61,938 nucleotides of DNA, filler included, from Sphacelaria rigidula (GCA_964200075.2; 9 parts of 9 records of this genome joined end to end with filler, not necessarily neighbours in it), one strand, 5' to 3'; positions 1-13,417 are shown, numbered from the whole stretch's first letter. Program-made: numbers and translations. The notes: generated from the sequence alone by a model not told the origin.

Positions 1-154
1 CCCCCCGCCCCTCCCGGAGGGCATTTATTCGAAAATTGTCATGACTTTTCAATTCTTTCTTGTCAACTTTGTCGGAAGAAATTGATCAATAAACACTGTT
101 TTAATTTTTTCTGTTATTTTGTTACGAGAATTGATCAATAAACAATGACCAAAA

Positions 155-360
155 CCGAAAAGTCTGGTGGGCCTTGCGGGGTTCGTATATCTGCTTCTGC
201 TCCTTGCCCGCTCTGTCCCGATGACCTCAGATGCCGGAGAGCATTTTTTCTGGATATTTTTTTTCTGCCAACTTTGTTGCAAGAAATTGATATATGAACA
301 TTGACAAATTCCGAAAAGTCTGGTGGGCTTCGCGGGGTTTGTATATTTGCTTCTGCTCTT
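155..360. repeat. Direct repeat of ~50 bp (CCGAAAAGTCTGGTGGG...TGCTTCTGCTC), 2 copies
   Basis: Near-identical copies at ~155-201 and ~311-358, followed by an AT-rich low-complexity tract to ~600. Confidence 0.7.
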
Positions 361-3016
361 AATATATTTATACATATATATATATATATATATGGAGCAA
401 ACATATCATGATATAATACATAGTGTATATTATACTACTCGTTGATATATATTCATACATATTATATGAACAAATGATATATAAATATGGAGCATGTATA
501 TTATATAATAAATGACATTATACTATATAATAAGTATAGTATGTAGTACGTGGAAAATAGTATATATAACATCGTTTATAGAATATCGTATGTAGAATAT
601 ATAAGGATCTCCACTGTCCACGGCAGCTGACCGCATTCGCCAACGCTTCGGCAATAAACTAGGGGACATACAGCTGGGTGCCCCCCCCTCCCCCCCCTTC
701 CCTCCCTCAGAAACTCAAATTTTCGATCTTGGGGCCTACATGTCTTGAATTCTTGTTTTTGCTGCCCCCTTCCTGCAGCAGAAGTTATGCCGCAACATGT
801 CCAAACTGTCATCACATTTCCGTTCAGACTGGTGCAGTATGCACTGTACACTATGCACTGCCCCGTGCGCATTGTGGGGCCTATGTGATTATACACATGA
901 AAAAATTTAAATGGAAATCAACAGCGTGCCGGTCACCTAATATATATATATATATATTATCATTATTATTAATTAGTTAAATTAAAGATTGTTTGAGGAT
1001 GGATGGTTGGAGGGTTGATTTCTTTTTGTGAGCAAGCGAAAGACAACATCGACGTCCCATTGTGGCCGCAAAGAACCACTGCCGAGCAACCGAACGGGGG
1101 AAACTGCCACCTTTGCAGCGAAGAAGTAGAATCCAGGGTCCCGTCTTGAACACGTCTTCCCAGTGGTGGCACCTTTTGAACCGGTGCATCGGAACGGTGC
1201 AGCTTCGTCGGGGGCGCGCCGCTCGTGTGAGCTCCCTCTACTTTGCATTTAGATTATGCTCCGCGACTTAATCAACCTGATCCCTGAATAATGACATTAT
1301 ATGCGAGCATCCGCGCATATTCTTGTTTTTTTTTCTTTGAATGCAACACTGATTATGGAAGAGGCAAATAAAATACTCCGAGTCTTGGATTGACAAGCAA
1401 TCATGCTGCACAAGAGTATTCACGGTACTAGATCCTGCGATACACAGAGATCGGGGGGACTAAGTCGCGACAAACCACAGACCATTATCCGTACCTGAGC
1501 ACTGAGGTGATGGGCCTACCTCTTTGATATTCTACTGCATCCTGTACGGGTGTGAGAGCGTATTTGTGGGCACTCTAGAGGTGGGCGAAACTAAGGCAGA
1601 CACCGGAGACCCCATCGGGGCAGTGAAACTGGTGACACCTGTGCCGACCGTCAGCAAGAGTCTGGGTCCAAGAGGCGATATCGTGCCGATTGACTAACGG
1701 GCGCCGTCAAGTGAAAGGTACGTGTGCGTCGAATAATGAGTTGGCCTTCTGTATCAGTACTTGTAGCTATCCAGCACCAGCAGCCTATTATCAGATTGCC
1801 GGAGCAGAGCATGCCGGTTACAACCTTTTCCCATATCAACATCTTGTCCTCTCTCCAAGGTGTGTCGGGTGTTGAGTGCCGGTTGTTTTAGGTCGGTATG
1901 ATTTGTTTTGTGATCGCGAAATGATACTGTACCAAAATTGTCGTATGTTGCTGTACTCCTACACGAAGTGCGGAGGCACGCCATGTCATGAAAATGCTGA
2001 CTCAATCTCTCTCCTTACCGTTGACTCTTGGATGCTGCATCGCTAATGGTACTACTATATTGCATAGTGTACTTACTGCACGGACTGTATCGGGTTCCGA
2101 ATCTCCGGTAAATTGCGGGCGGGTGAATGAGTACGTCGAGTACGAAGAGGGCGAGTACAGCAATGCTGTGCGGTCCGCACAGCTGTGTCGCTCGCATAGC
2201 AGTGCGGCAAATGGACAGATCTTGTGCACCACTGGACATTACCACAATGATCCTACAAAAGTACCGTACCCGACAGATTGCCGAACAGGAAACAAATTCC
2301 AAACCGAGCACACGTCGGACAGCTCATGAGCTACGTAAATATTGCTTCTTCTTAGTGTACTGATCCAGATCATGAGCTCGCTCATTTGCCCCCCGCTTTC
2401 CATAATTGATCCCGACAGCACCCAGCACACGGAGTAGCTCAAAGATAGCACTATGGCGGACCGTGCTGTCACGTATTCTTTGTTTTCTGTTTTTGAACTA
2501 CGGATTGAGAGTCGTGTTCCATGATTATAGTTATGCGGGTAACCATGAGCTGTCCGGCGTGTGAAACTAAGGTATGACCTTTTCCAACAGAAGTCGTACA
2601 CTTGAAACTACGCGAAGGGGAGGGCTTGACAGATGGCATGCAAACCACCCTTCTCGACGTGATATAAACGAGCTCGTATCAAACGAAGAAAACCTCCTCT
2701 GTATCTCGCTCTGTACTGCCTGGATAGTGGCGGCTGTATGCAACATTATGATCGCGGCTTCTTCGGGCTTGATAAAATTGAAATGTCGACGGTCTGTTGC
2801 ACTACTGTTGTAAACCAGTGAGGCCACGGTACGGTTACGCCGTTGTCTTCTCGAGACGAGACAACGAAGCGGGAAAAGAAACAAGGGTTAAAGAAAGGCA
2901 GCATGTTGATTCTTCGCCGGGCAGGTCTACGGTTGCGACGACTATTCATGATGCTACTTTTGGACACCTGTTTTGTTCCACGCTTCATTATTTGATTTCG
3001 ATAGGACACGGCGGTA

Positions 3017-3958
3017 GGGGGTGTCCTCAAATTTCGTTTTTGGTGAACGAAATCCTGCGGCGGAATTGATTCGATCGAATTTGTTTCGCGCCGTTTGGTT
3101 CGTGGTACTATTTAGCGAATTTGCAAGCGCAGAAGCTGAAAAGGCAGCGGGAAGCGCGAAGCGATGCTCGGTCACGTGTAACTACCGTAATGTCTCATGT
3201 CTGCATACACTGTGTGTGTGTTCGTACAGTAGGATGCGAAAAAGAAGCGGGCAACCTGCAGTACAGACAGCGTAGGACGATTGTACAGACAGCGCAGGAC
3301 GACTGTCTATGCTCTCGGCATATAGCAGAGCTCACGAGTATGGAGAGATACTTGAACGTCGTGCAAACTTGTAGTATCTGTACTATCCATGCGCATCTAG
3401 GCAATTCGATCGCCCACCCACGACACAATGCCGTCGTCAAATCCTACCATGTAAAAGAAATCCTCAATTTTGCGAACATATGAAAACGCACCATACCAAG
3501 AGGGCGATAGTAGCGGTTCCGGCATTACTATAATAGTACTGTTACTGCAACGTGTGTATCGTTGTGCTCAACTTGTCCTCTATGCTGCAGGGTTGCGGTG
3601 GTCGCTGAGAATGATTTTTGTGGAGTTTGTGTTGTTCTGCGAAGGGGTCCTGCAACATAAATATCTGAACACTCTTTTGTGGTAGTCTGTAAGATAAGAA
3701 TCAACCCTTTGACTGCGACGGTAGGTCACCTGCTTGCTGAATCGGCATCAATTTCACTGGAAAAAAGTATTGTAATCCAGATGGACTGCCGGCATCGCGG
3801 TCCAAGGGTCTAGTTGCCCTGTGTGACTCTCTCCCGCATGTTTTCGGTCGGAAAATCAAGGGCGTGTCTTGGGCCGCCCCACCCGGCAAACAAAAAAACA
3901 GCCCTGTAAAATTGCATTGTTTTCAGGTTCCTAGTTTCGTTCACCAGAAGAAACGACC
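3017..3958. mobile_element. Diverged non-autonomous DNA element related to the Harbinger-type MITE family
   Basis: TCGTTTTTGGTGAACGAAA (~3033) is inverted against TTTCGTTCACCAGAAGAAACGA (~3935-3956). Internal 3200-3690 resembles 4150-4550. Segment ~3727-3810 recurs at ~47649-47732. Confidence 0.55.
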
Positions 3959-3961
3959 TTA

Positions 3962-4642
3962 GGGCCTGTCTTAGCATTTTTGTTTCCGATCGAAAAAATG
4001 AGGCGGTGGAATCGATCTGAGCGAAAATTTCTCGTTTTGATTCAGTTGGGTCCGGATGGATTTTCAAGCTTTCGATCGCAAAAAGACAGGGAAATTCGTG
4101 AAACGGTACATGCATGGCCTGTACTATCTGCACTGCTTGCAAGTAGGGTGTCTTGAGTGCGTGTGTGCGTGTTTCGTGCAGGAGAATATAAAGGTGAAGC
4201 GGACAACGTGCAGTGCAGACAGCCCAGGACTATCAGTTATCTCTGCTTACAATGCGACGTGAAAATAATTTCAGCAACATGCAGCTTTGTACTGCTTGCA
4301 CTGTCCATGAGCGTGGACGCAAATCGGTTGCCCACCGTACCACGCAGTTCCGTCCCTGATGCCTCCCATCACAGAAGATGCGCAAGTTTTCGCCAACAAA
4401 AAATAAACAAAGCACACCCAACTACTGTAGTGTATCTATGTGCTCAACTCGTGCTCTATGCTGCAGGGTTACGGTGGTAGCTGGGAATGAGTTGGATGGA
4501 GTTTGCATCGTGCTGTGAACAGGTGGTATTAGGCGTGGTGGTCTGTAAGATGGGAGTCAATTGCTGCTTCGTGCCTTTCGATCGCATGTTTTCGATCGAA
4601 AACGATTGTTTCGACACGAAAACAATTTGAGAAGACACGGCC
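3962..4642. mobile_element. PIF/Harbinger-type MITE, family A copy 1
   Basis: Termini GGGCCTGTC...GACACGGCC with flanks TTA/TCA. Internal sequence aligns by eye with 28696-29511 and 51850-52455. Confidence 0.75.
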
Positions 4643-5903
4643 TCACCCTTTTGAGACTGGGCCTCCAGAACGACCAATCAGGCTGGTGAGGAATGACTTG
4701 TCTGGTGTATGCACCAAACAGTGGCTTTATGTTGCTGAAACTCCATGTAACCACAGGGTAAGCAGGAAGACCGAAAGTTTCATCGAACCTGTTTTCAGGT
4801 AAAGGTACAAACTGTAATTAGAGACCTTTCCACAGGATGGGTCGACCGCCCGCCACTTGTAGCTTTGGATGGTGTTACTGTCCCCACCACCTTGCCAAGC
4901 AGCCCTTTGTGGTCGGGGTGGGCCGCGATTTCCCTCGGTGTTGCAAGCGGAATATTGTCTTCGAAGGGCATGGGCGTTGCGGCGCACATACAGTATAGTA
5001 CGCCTCTATGACTGCAGCAGCAGCTGCCGTTGCATACTCCCTTACACGTCCTGGGCAGTTGGTTCTCCGCGACGGAGATCAGCTGCCTGTACACAGCTTG
5101 TTCATTCCCGCCGATTACATACGACCTCACTGCGTGCTGTACCGCCTCTACAGAGGGATACGCAACACTCATGCCTGTAGCTCCGTCTCTCGTTCCATGG
5201 CATTGGTAAATTCAGTCGCCTTGTGAAGATGATCACTTATATGGTAGGTAGGGTACGCTTTTCCCGTATTTTCCCCGAGCACCCTGTGTTACCCTTAGAC
5301 CGCGGGATTAGTCTTTCTCATCATACATACTTTTTTTGACTCGAAATTGATGCCGATTCAACAGAAGACTAACCTCGCGGTCTAATTACCACGTTTTAGT
5401 ATTTGTTTGTTTTGTCTTTCTTTCTTTTCTCTCTCCGTTGAACTCGGGGGAGCTACTTCTCTCCGGTTTTCGTGGCGTCGCTCTTCTTACTTATTTTTTT
5501 TTCTTTATTTTGGTAATGTGTCTGGTAAGGAATAGCAGGGATGATATTGGAAAGGCGAGCCTATGTCTGTGACCACGGGTTCGCGAGATCGGACTAATGT
5601 TCGGAAATAATAATAATAATAATAAAGTATGGGATAGTGTCCCAAAATAAACTCGGGGGAATGGGGAGCCTATATAAAATGCAAGTAAATGTAAAAAAAC
5701 GAGAAAGAGCTCCCCGACCATCGCGGCTTTCGTTTGCTTCGACGGCTTTTTTGTGGACCAGGGACGGGGTACATACAGAAACTCGGCAGTGACATCACAC
5801 CCAGCGACTGCCCCACTGGTCGTTCGGATGTGGTCGATAATATCGCCTCCCCGTGATTGGGCATGTCGCTCCCAGACTTTTTTATTATTGTTTTATTTAC
5901 TAA

Positions 5904-6372
5904 GACCGACTCTAATGCGAGCCGTTCAAAATTCCTGCTCAAAACTGCATTTTTGGCCCTTCTCCGTCGCTTTACGCCGGGAAAGACGGCTAGGCGGCTG
6001 TTGACGCCTCGGAATGACTTGCTATACTCATTGAGGCCGTTCCAGGGCAACTTTGCATTTCCCGCTGGCCGCACTTTCATTTTTGGCCAAACATGGATTT
6101 TCAACAAAATGCGGTCGAGCTATCAGAGACCAGGGGGAATTTTTTATCACCTGACTGTTTTTCACTGAAAATCCGTGCCTCGCCTCATTTGGCCGGAAAC
6201 AAAAGTGCGGCCAGCGGGAAATGCAAAGGTGCCCTAGAACGGCCTCAACGAGTAGAGAAAGTCATTCCAAGGCGTCAACATCCGCCTAGCCCTCTTTTCG
6301 GGCGTAAATCGAAGAAGGGCCAAAAAGAGAGTTTTGAACAGGAATTTTGAACGGCTGCCATTAGAGTTGGCC
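5904..6372. mobile_element. Long-TIR Harbinger/Tourist-like MITE, family B
   Basis: Imperfect inverted arms of ~190 bp (GACCGACTCTAATG...CATTAGAGTTGGCC), with TAA on both flanks (5901-5903, 6373-6375). Confidence 0.8.
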
Positions 6373-6494
6373 TAACGCATGGTTGAACAAAATATATGAT
6401 GTGTGGACCACCCCGCGATGACACTTCAGTGATCTCCGGGAATTTTTGCCCCTTGCAAGCCTCCCTGTACACATTTCAAAGTCCCCCAACAATC

Positions 6495-6700
6495 GATCGT
6501 CTAGAGTCTCGAATCCCCGACCTCTTATTCCACGAGCGGGAATTTGACCATCGAGCTACCAGTGAGCGCTCACTGGTTCAATGCGCTTCCTGAATTTTTT
6601 ATACCGCCGCACCCTAATGGTGATGGTAATGGTCCGACTGTCGCCATTAGGGTGGAGAGGACGAGGGTTCGATTCCCCATGCGTTGGCTTTTTTCTTCGT
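6495..6700. repeat. tRNA-derived (SINE-like) fragments
   Basis: The minus strand at ~6500-6560 has an A-box-like GGTAGCTCGATGGTC and a B-box-like GGATTCGAGAC. The plus strand has GGGTTCGATTCCCCATGCGTTGGCTTTTTTCTTC at ~6665-6698, which recurs reversed at ~61800-61834. Confidence 0.45.
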
Positions 6701-6794
6701 AATGTATGACTTCCACCGTGGAAAGCGTGAGAACGCGAGTAAACGAAATAGTTGGCTGGGTTCGTGTGACGTGAGTTAACGCGGTGCGGGAGTG

Positions 6795-6894
6795 NNNNNN
6801 NNNNNNNNNNNNNNNNNNNNNNNNNNNNNNNNNNNNNNTTAATTAATTAANNNNNNNNNNNNNNNNNNNNNNNNNNNNNNNNNNNNNNNNNNNN
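6795..6894. other. Artificial contig spacer N44-TTAATTAATTAA-N44
   Basis: 100-bp linker with stop codons in all six frames. Confidence 0.98.
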
Positions 6895-8300
6895 AAACCA
6901 ACGGGTCCAAAAGAAGACCAAAAAAAAAAAGAAAAACACAAACAAAAAAAGAAAAAAAAAAAAAAAAAAAATCGAACAAAACGACATAGAGTAGACTAAG
7001 ACGTTGAAAAAAAAAGAGAGAAGGAAAAAAAAAAGAAGCAAGGCACAGAGAGAGATGATGACAGTAATTAAAAAGGAAGAGCCCGAGGGATTCAGGGCAG
7101 CAGAGTAGATGAAGACATGGCAACCACAAAAAACGCAAGCGGAAAAAAAAACAAGACAATAACCTGGTTGATCAGCTTACACAGTGAGTGGCGTATTGCA
7201 CAGCGTCGTTGCCAACCGACGTCGACCCTCCAAAGGGGGTAGACGTGAAGTGTTTTTGGGATGGGGGAGGTCGGGGGGGGGGGGGGAACCATTCGAAAAA
7301 AAACAATCCCTTCACTCGTGGTTTTGCAAAAGGGGAACTTGATTTTTGTCCTTTGGCCATCTTTCAAGCAATTTTTTGTTTTGCAAACACGACTGGACAA
7401 ACAGACTGAGACGGAAATACAACGGTGTCAAGGCTCCTTGGCTACCATGTTACTGGACGACATTAGTGTCATAAAAAACGCACAAATACCTCCCCTAAAA
7501 TATATTTTCATATTTATATGTGTATGTTTATACACATCAGTAAGCGTATAGGATACACTCACTTGGATTACCACGACACACGAGCATACGATTGGACGAA
7601 ACGGCCAACCTCGTCGAACTGAACCACTCTGCGTAGGCCAACACATTCCTGCACCGCCACAAGACGGAACCCAACCGGCAGAGTGGCGTTCTGCTGTTTG
7701 AAGGTGCTGCAGGAACCTCCATGCGCGCTGACCGTGCCCCTCATCATAGCCTTCGCGAAAAATTTCAACGTTGTGTTCTATAAGGCCCACCGGCTGGAGT
7801 TCGTATTATTTTCCTCCTACGTGTAAAATAGGTATTTTAATCGGTGAATACCCTTCCGAATCATACCGGCTTGTTCGGAACGAGACTCGATACTTTACCC
7901 TGCCAAGCCACACCGGAATGTTGGGTTACACATTCCTGTATGATTAATTTATTATCCAAACCTTGAAACACAATCCTCCACTCCGGAGCATACCCTACGT
8001 ACAGAACACAACCTTACAGGGTATGCATCATGCTGAGGAACGCTTTTACGGTTGCTATGCAAATAAATGTCCCAGCAGACGCTGTCGCCCTCGCTAAGGC
8101 TCTCAGGAGAACGACATTTCACACGCGTAGCTAACTTGATTTGTGTGCCGCGCTTCGCCTCGAGCACGAAGGTAAATAAAGCCTTGGGGGTACTTCTTGG
8201 TGAACAGCGATTGAACGCGGCAATCTGGAGACAATTTTCCAAAGATGCTTCACGAAGAACGTCGTCAGTCAATACTCGCGGCCCGTTCTTCACCCAACAT

Positions 8301-8734
8301 CCGATCACCGAAATTAGCTTTGGAGCTTTTCATTGAGGATGCCAACCCGGAGGATTAAAATCTTCGTATCCACACCATATCTGCGAAATATGGGTCCATT
8401 ACTTCACCTACTGGTAACTATTTGACTAGAACCAGACGCCCTACAAATTTGGATTTCGATAACCGAAATGTTGGGGTCCTAGGCGAAAAAACAAGTTCGG
8501 GGAATTTCGGCGATCCGATCGGATCACCCAAGTTCTCCCAAATGGTTATTCATCTAGGACCCCAACATTTCGGTTATCGAAATCCAAATTTGTAGGGCGT
8601 CCAGCAGTTGTCAATAGCCACCAGTAGATGAAGGAATGGAACCATATTTCGAAGATATGGTGTGGACACGAAGATTTCAATCCTCCGGGTTCTCATCCAC
8701 AACGCAAAGCGTCATACTCAATTTCGATAATCGG
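8301..8734. mobile_element. Fold-back (palindromic) element, family C copy 1
   Basis: Nearly end-to-end imperfect palindrome centred on GATCCGATCGGATC (8512-8525). Homologous to 38484-38913, with a partial copy at 20683-20740. Confidence 0.8.
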
Positions 8735-9239
8735 CCGTTACCCCGAGTTTCCAATTTCGGCCTGTCACCACGAGTTTGTCTTCCATGTTGAGTGGACCAA
8801 TGGGCCCTTCCCCCAGTAGCCCGAATGGTCGCATGTGACACCGGAACTTAGAGGGCTAGCGATAGTAGTCTTTTTACCTTCCTCTTGTTTTTTTTTTCCT
8901 AGTGTTTCAATTTATTTTATTTTTATTTATTTTGTATCGCGTCTGTGTGAATTGTTTCTGGGTCCGATTTTATTTCATGATTTTCCTTTTTACCCTAGCT
9001 TGGGGTTGTTAGCCTGTGCCCCACGGAAGGCGTCGGCATGAGACGTCCAGTACAGAGTACTGGGAAGATATCGGAACGGTTTTTTAATGTGAAGACGACA
9101 ACAACAACAACAACAACACCTTATCTCTCCTTAGGGTCACGAACGCACCGGGATTACTCGAGCACAGCAGATTTGCCTCTTCCGTGAGAGCCGAAGACGG
9201 TCTTCCAGGGGGGCACAACGTCCTTATCAGATCGCTCTA

Positions 9240-9526
9240 GAGCAGCAATGCTACGGTAGGGGTTCGCACGTTTTCAACCGAAAACGTTTCTCGTAGCTGC
9301 TCGAGGGGTGTTGGACGGGTCATATTGAGAATCGGCATTCATTTTTGCTTGAAAACAGACTGAACAATGATGCCGATTCACGAAAAGGCCCCTACCACGT
9401 GCAAACACCATCTTTCTGGGAGTCTGGTCCCCGGAGACTTGGGTTGTGCACAGAGTAAGCTCCATATAGTTGGGCTCTTGAATAATAAAATTAAAAAAGT
9501 GCAGCCCCTACCGTAGCATTGCTCTC
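9240..9526. mobile_element. Short-TIR MITE (AGCAATGCTACGGTAGGGG termini)
   Basis: AGCAATGCTACGGTAGGGG (~9244) is inverted against CCCCTACCGTAGCATTGCT (~9505-9523). The right terminus recurs at ~55247-55290. Confidence 0.6.
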
Positions 9527-11262
9527 TACACACAACACATGGACAGCACGGTCGAGACCACATTCCCAAACTTGGAAAGGGGTGCTGGGTAGGGCATTTT
9601 TCTCACACTCAGGTACTTTGAAAACTTATACTCTACTCATCACCCAAAAACTCGGAACGACGAGTGATAAGATCGTACTCAACGATAACCCAGATATTGG
9701 GTGAAGTAATGCGATCGTACCTAACTCTACCCCAATATTGGGGGTGAAGTTTGGAGATTCGGACCTTGGCAACATCAAGATTCGGGAGAGTGAATACTCG
9801 GGTAATTACCCTACAACCCCAGCACACCCTTGAAACCCTGTATGTACCCATCGTTATAGGGTAGGGGGCGGGGGGTACGGGAGTACTGACGGAATTCTCA
9901 GGGTCCACGCGAAACAATTCAAGGTGAGTTCGACCGGCGAGTGGGAGCGCCGATCCGCTTTTCTGCACGAGAGGCCAAGGTAAGTACCGAGGGAGATATA
10001 GATCCCTCGAGACTGTGGGTTCGTCTAGCGGAGGCACGCATCATCACTGCAGCATAATATGGGGTGGGTGCAGCCCCAGAGTATTGGAATGAAAAAAATC
10101 ACGGTCTGTTCCGTAAGGGGGGGGCGGGGGGGGGGGGAAGGGGTTGATGAAGCCATGGTACCGTGCAGCTTGTGCAACAAGCATCGAAAAATAGTAGTCC
10201 CGTTCGTTGACCCTTCGGGAACTCAAGTTCTTTGCGGTATCGGCATAATTTTTGTACTCGAAAGTGAATGACAGTGATGCCGACTCACAAAAACAAAAGT
10301 CAGCACTCGCTGGGGGTCTATTTATAGTTAGTTCCCGGAGGATTAAATCTCGAACCAAGAGACAACTGGCTCCAACTTCAGCTACAGTAGTGGGCGGTCT
10401 AAATAATCATTTTTGTGGCATTTTGCAATTTTTTCGTAATTGGCGATTTTTTTCTTGGGCTCTTTTCGTTTGCCACCGCTTATCACATCGGGGATCTGAA
10501 AATATTTGTATCCGCTCCACATTCCGAGAAGAAAAATCATCTGTACTCAATATTGAGTGACTTACGGGCTGACCGGTCATGGGGAGTCCTTGCCACGTTT
10601 CAGCCCAGATTTCTGCTCTTCTGTACTTTCGGTCGATCGAGCCCGTCCTGAACATATTTGTGAAGAAATGTACAGTTGATTTTTTTTATTTCTGCCTACT
10701 CATTGCACTAGGGCCGCAAAACTGTGTTTAACGGTCAATAACATCCTCCTCATGAACGGTATACTTTCTCGCTTCGCCCGATAACACCAACAGACCCTGA
10801 CTTGGGCACTGTGTTACGAGCATGATCTGTTGTGTTGTACCGAAATCTACCGACGCTAGCAATTTCGACTTCTACCGAAGAGTAGTACGCAAACTCCAAA
10901 ACACCCCTGAATAGTTAGACCGCCCACTACTGCACCGTCGGACGTTTTGGAGTATCGCACCTGCGCGCCTTGGTCAAGACTTAAAAAGCCAGTGAACGTG
11001 ATCATTTCTCCGTCGTCGTCGTCGGGATCGTTCCCTGTGCCGCCCGCAGAATTGTCCCTCGCATCGTAGGTTGGCTGCGCGTTTATATCTTCCATGACCA
11101 CGTCCATCACCGCTCGAGCGCTGCTCATGGCAGCATTACCAACCCCCTGCGTCGTCAGCCAATAAATAACATCGAATATGCGCCGTAGACGTGAAATTTT
11201 GGCGGTGGGGATTTTAAGGCAGCGCGGCGCGGGATTTACGAGAGTTAATGCAAACGTGCCGG

Positions 11263-11583
11263 AGAGAGCTAGGCGGAGTTTGACGCGTTGAAATGACTTG
11301 CTCTACTAGTTGAGGCGGTTCCAGGACGTCTTCCCGTTTTCCGGTGGCCGCTGTTTTCATGTTGGCCAAACAACTTTTTCTGTACAAGAACGGTCGAAAA
11401 TAGTCAAGTACAGAGAAAAGTGGCGTTTTTTCCTGGATTTGACTGTTTTTGACCGTTCTTGGACAAAAAACTCTTTTTGGCCAAAATGAAAACAGCGGCC
11501 ACCGGAAAACGGGAAGATATCCTAGAACCGCCTCAACTAGTAGAGCAAGGGATTCCAACGTGTCAAACTCCGCCTAGCTCTCT
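11263..11583. mobile_element. Long-TIR MITE related to family B
   Basis: Inverted arms of ~110 bp (AGAGAGCTAGGCGGAGTTTGAC.../...GTCAAACTCCGCCTAGCTCTCT), similar to 5904-6372. A single-arm remnant lies at ~21030-21190. Confidence 0.7.
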
Positions 11584-11722
11584 TTTGGGGCGTGAAACGA
11601 CGTAAAAGCTCCAGAAAGGCACTCTTCCAGAAACATTATTGTTGTCTGTTTTGAGGAGCGCCCTGAACGCAAAAGTGGACGAAAAAAACTCGTAACCAGC
11701 ATGGAGTTGAACGACCATCCAC

Positions 11723-11893
11723 TTATTATTATTTTTGTTATTATTGCTATTGCTATTGCTATTGCTATTATTATTATCATTATAATAATTATTATTATCA
11801 TTATTATTATCATTATTATCATCATTATCATTATCATTATCATTATCATTACTATTACTATTACTATTACTATTATTATTGTTATTATTACTA
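11723..11893. repeat. Compound (ATT/ATC/ACT/GCT)n microsatellite
   Basis: Directly visible; it generates the spurious poly-Ile ORFs. Confidence 0.95.
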
Positions 11894-13417
11894 TATCCAC
11901 TACAAACCCTTTGAATAACTCAGCTTTTGCGGTAACGTGAAAGTCAATAATACCGCACACAATGTCAAAGCACCTCTTCTTCTGCCGAACGTGTTTCAAG
12001 TTGCATGACATCATTAGACCACTCACTTGGTCTGCTTTTTTTCGTTGCGCTGTTAACAGCTTTTGTTTCTTGTATACGGAGGGAACCTTTTCCGAACTCA
12101 ACCCTTGAAACGCCCCTCGTGAGAGGTTCCATCAGTTCAAATATGATATCATGTTCCAATTCATTAATGACTCCCAGACAGCGCTGTTTACCTACGAGCA
12201 CCCAGGGGGTTAGCAGCAATGACGGGATAGATTGATTATTCATGTCCATTTTTGCCCATTTTTGCCCCGTGTAATCAGTCAGACCCGCGGTCAGAGGATA
12301 CAAAAAAACGCGCAAAACAAATATTTCCAAAAACAATTCTCAAGCACGATGATCATAAACTGCTTTTTTTTTTCAACTACCCAAAATGATTGGGACAAAA
12401 ACATGCGAACGCATCCGCTCCATGATGAGGAGAAAACACACACGGTGGATTGCTTCCCCCGGGCAAAACGGATCAAGAGAGCTACGGCAGAGCATGGGAC
12501 GGATGTGTACCATATGTCAATACACCAGGTACCTGAGGGTGCACGTCAAAAGGCGAAAAACAACACCTACGTCCTAGTGCGATCGACAATGTAAACAAAC
12601 CAATGGCTTTCAGGATTTAGGTTTTCGGCAAAAAAAAAAATGAACAAAAAAATTGAAAAATAAAATGGAAAATGCTCTCTTTTTTTTGTCGCAGCGTATC
12701 CTCGGGTGCGCGGGTGTGGACAAGATATCCTTCCGGGTAGCTAGGGCCACAGCTCATGAGAGTAGGGCGAAGGGCAACGCGTGCACTACGCCAAGTTGAC
12801 GGGGGGGGTTAGCGGGTTCAACCCCGACACTGCCTAGAGCGCCTACCCCACACGACTGACAACGGATTCTCGAAAATGAGGTTGAAAAACAAATGAGGTT
12901 CAACTCACAAGCCACGCTTTCCCTGAAACTATTTTGGGGGGGTTTCAGCCTCCCGTTCCCCCAGAGGATATGTGCGAAAGCACGATTTTTGGACCAAAAA
13001 ACGTCCTTTTTTCACCCCGAAATCGAGGCAAAAGTGTTGGGTGCGGTTCAAGCCAAGCCCCCCGCTAGCGGGGTAACTATTGGGCGAGGTTTTCTCCTTC
13101 CTTTGAAGAAAGAGAAAAATAAAACTTGAGGTGCCCCGTTACATTCAGTACCGTTCCTCGGCCCATTCTCCAGGTGCCCTAAAGTACTGGTGTCTTTTCG
13201 CATTCGGTACTCCAGACAACCTGTAGGCACTCGGTACTGCAAATACCATCTGGAGACCCGGGTCTTTAAAACGCGGTACCGTATCCTAGCCATCGACCGT
13301 TCAAGAATTGGCGCTCAAAAACGCACGGCGTCCGTAGAGCACCCCGATTGAATAGTAAACCCTCTCTAGCCGTAGAAGCCCCATAAACGCATGCACAGCA
13401 CACCACATGCTGCTCAC

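Noticed and set aside
6839-6850. Recurrent TTAATTAATTAA motif as a biological site
   Set aside because: It is always centred in identical N runs; an artificial six-frame-stop linker.
10856-11128. Protein-like minus-strand ORF (MSSARAVMDV...)
   Set aside because: Composition is plausible, but no family or confident splice structure was recognised.
11574-12101. Poly-Ile hydrophobic ORFs as membrane proteins
   Set aside because: They are translations of a trinucleotide microsatellite.
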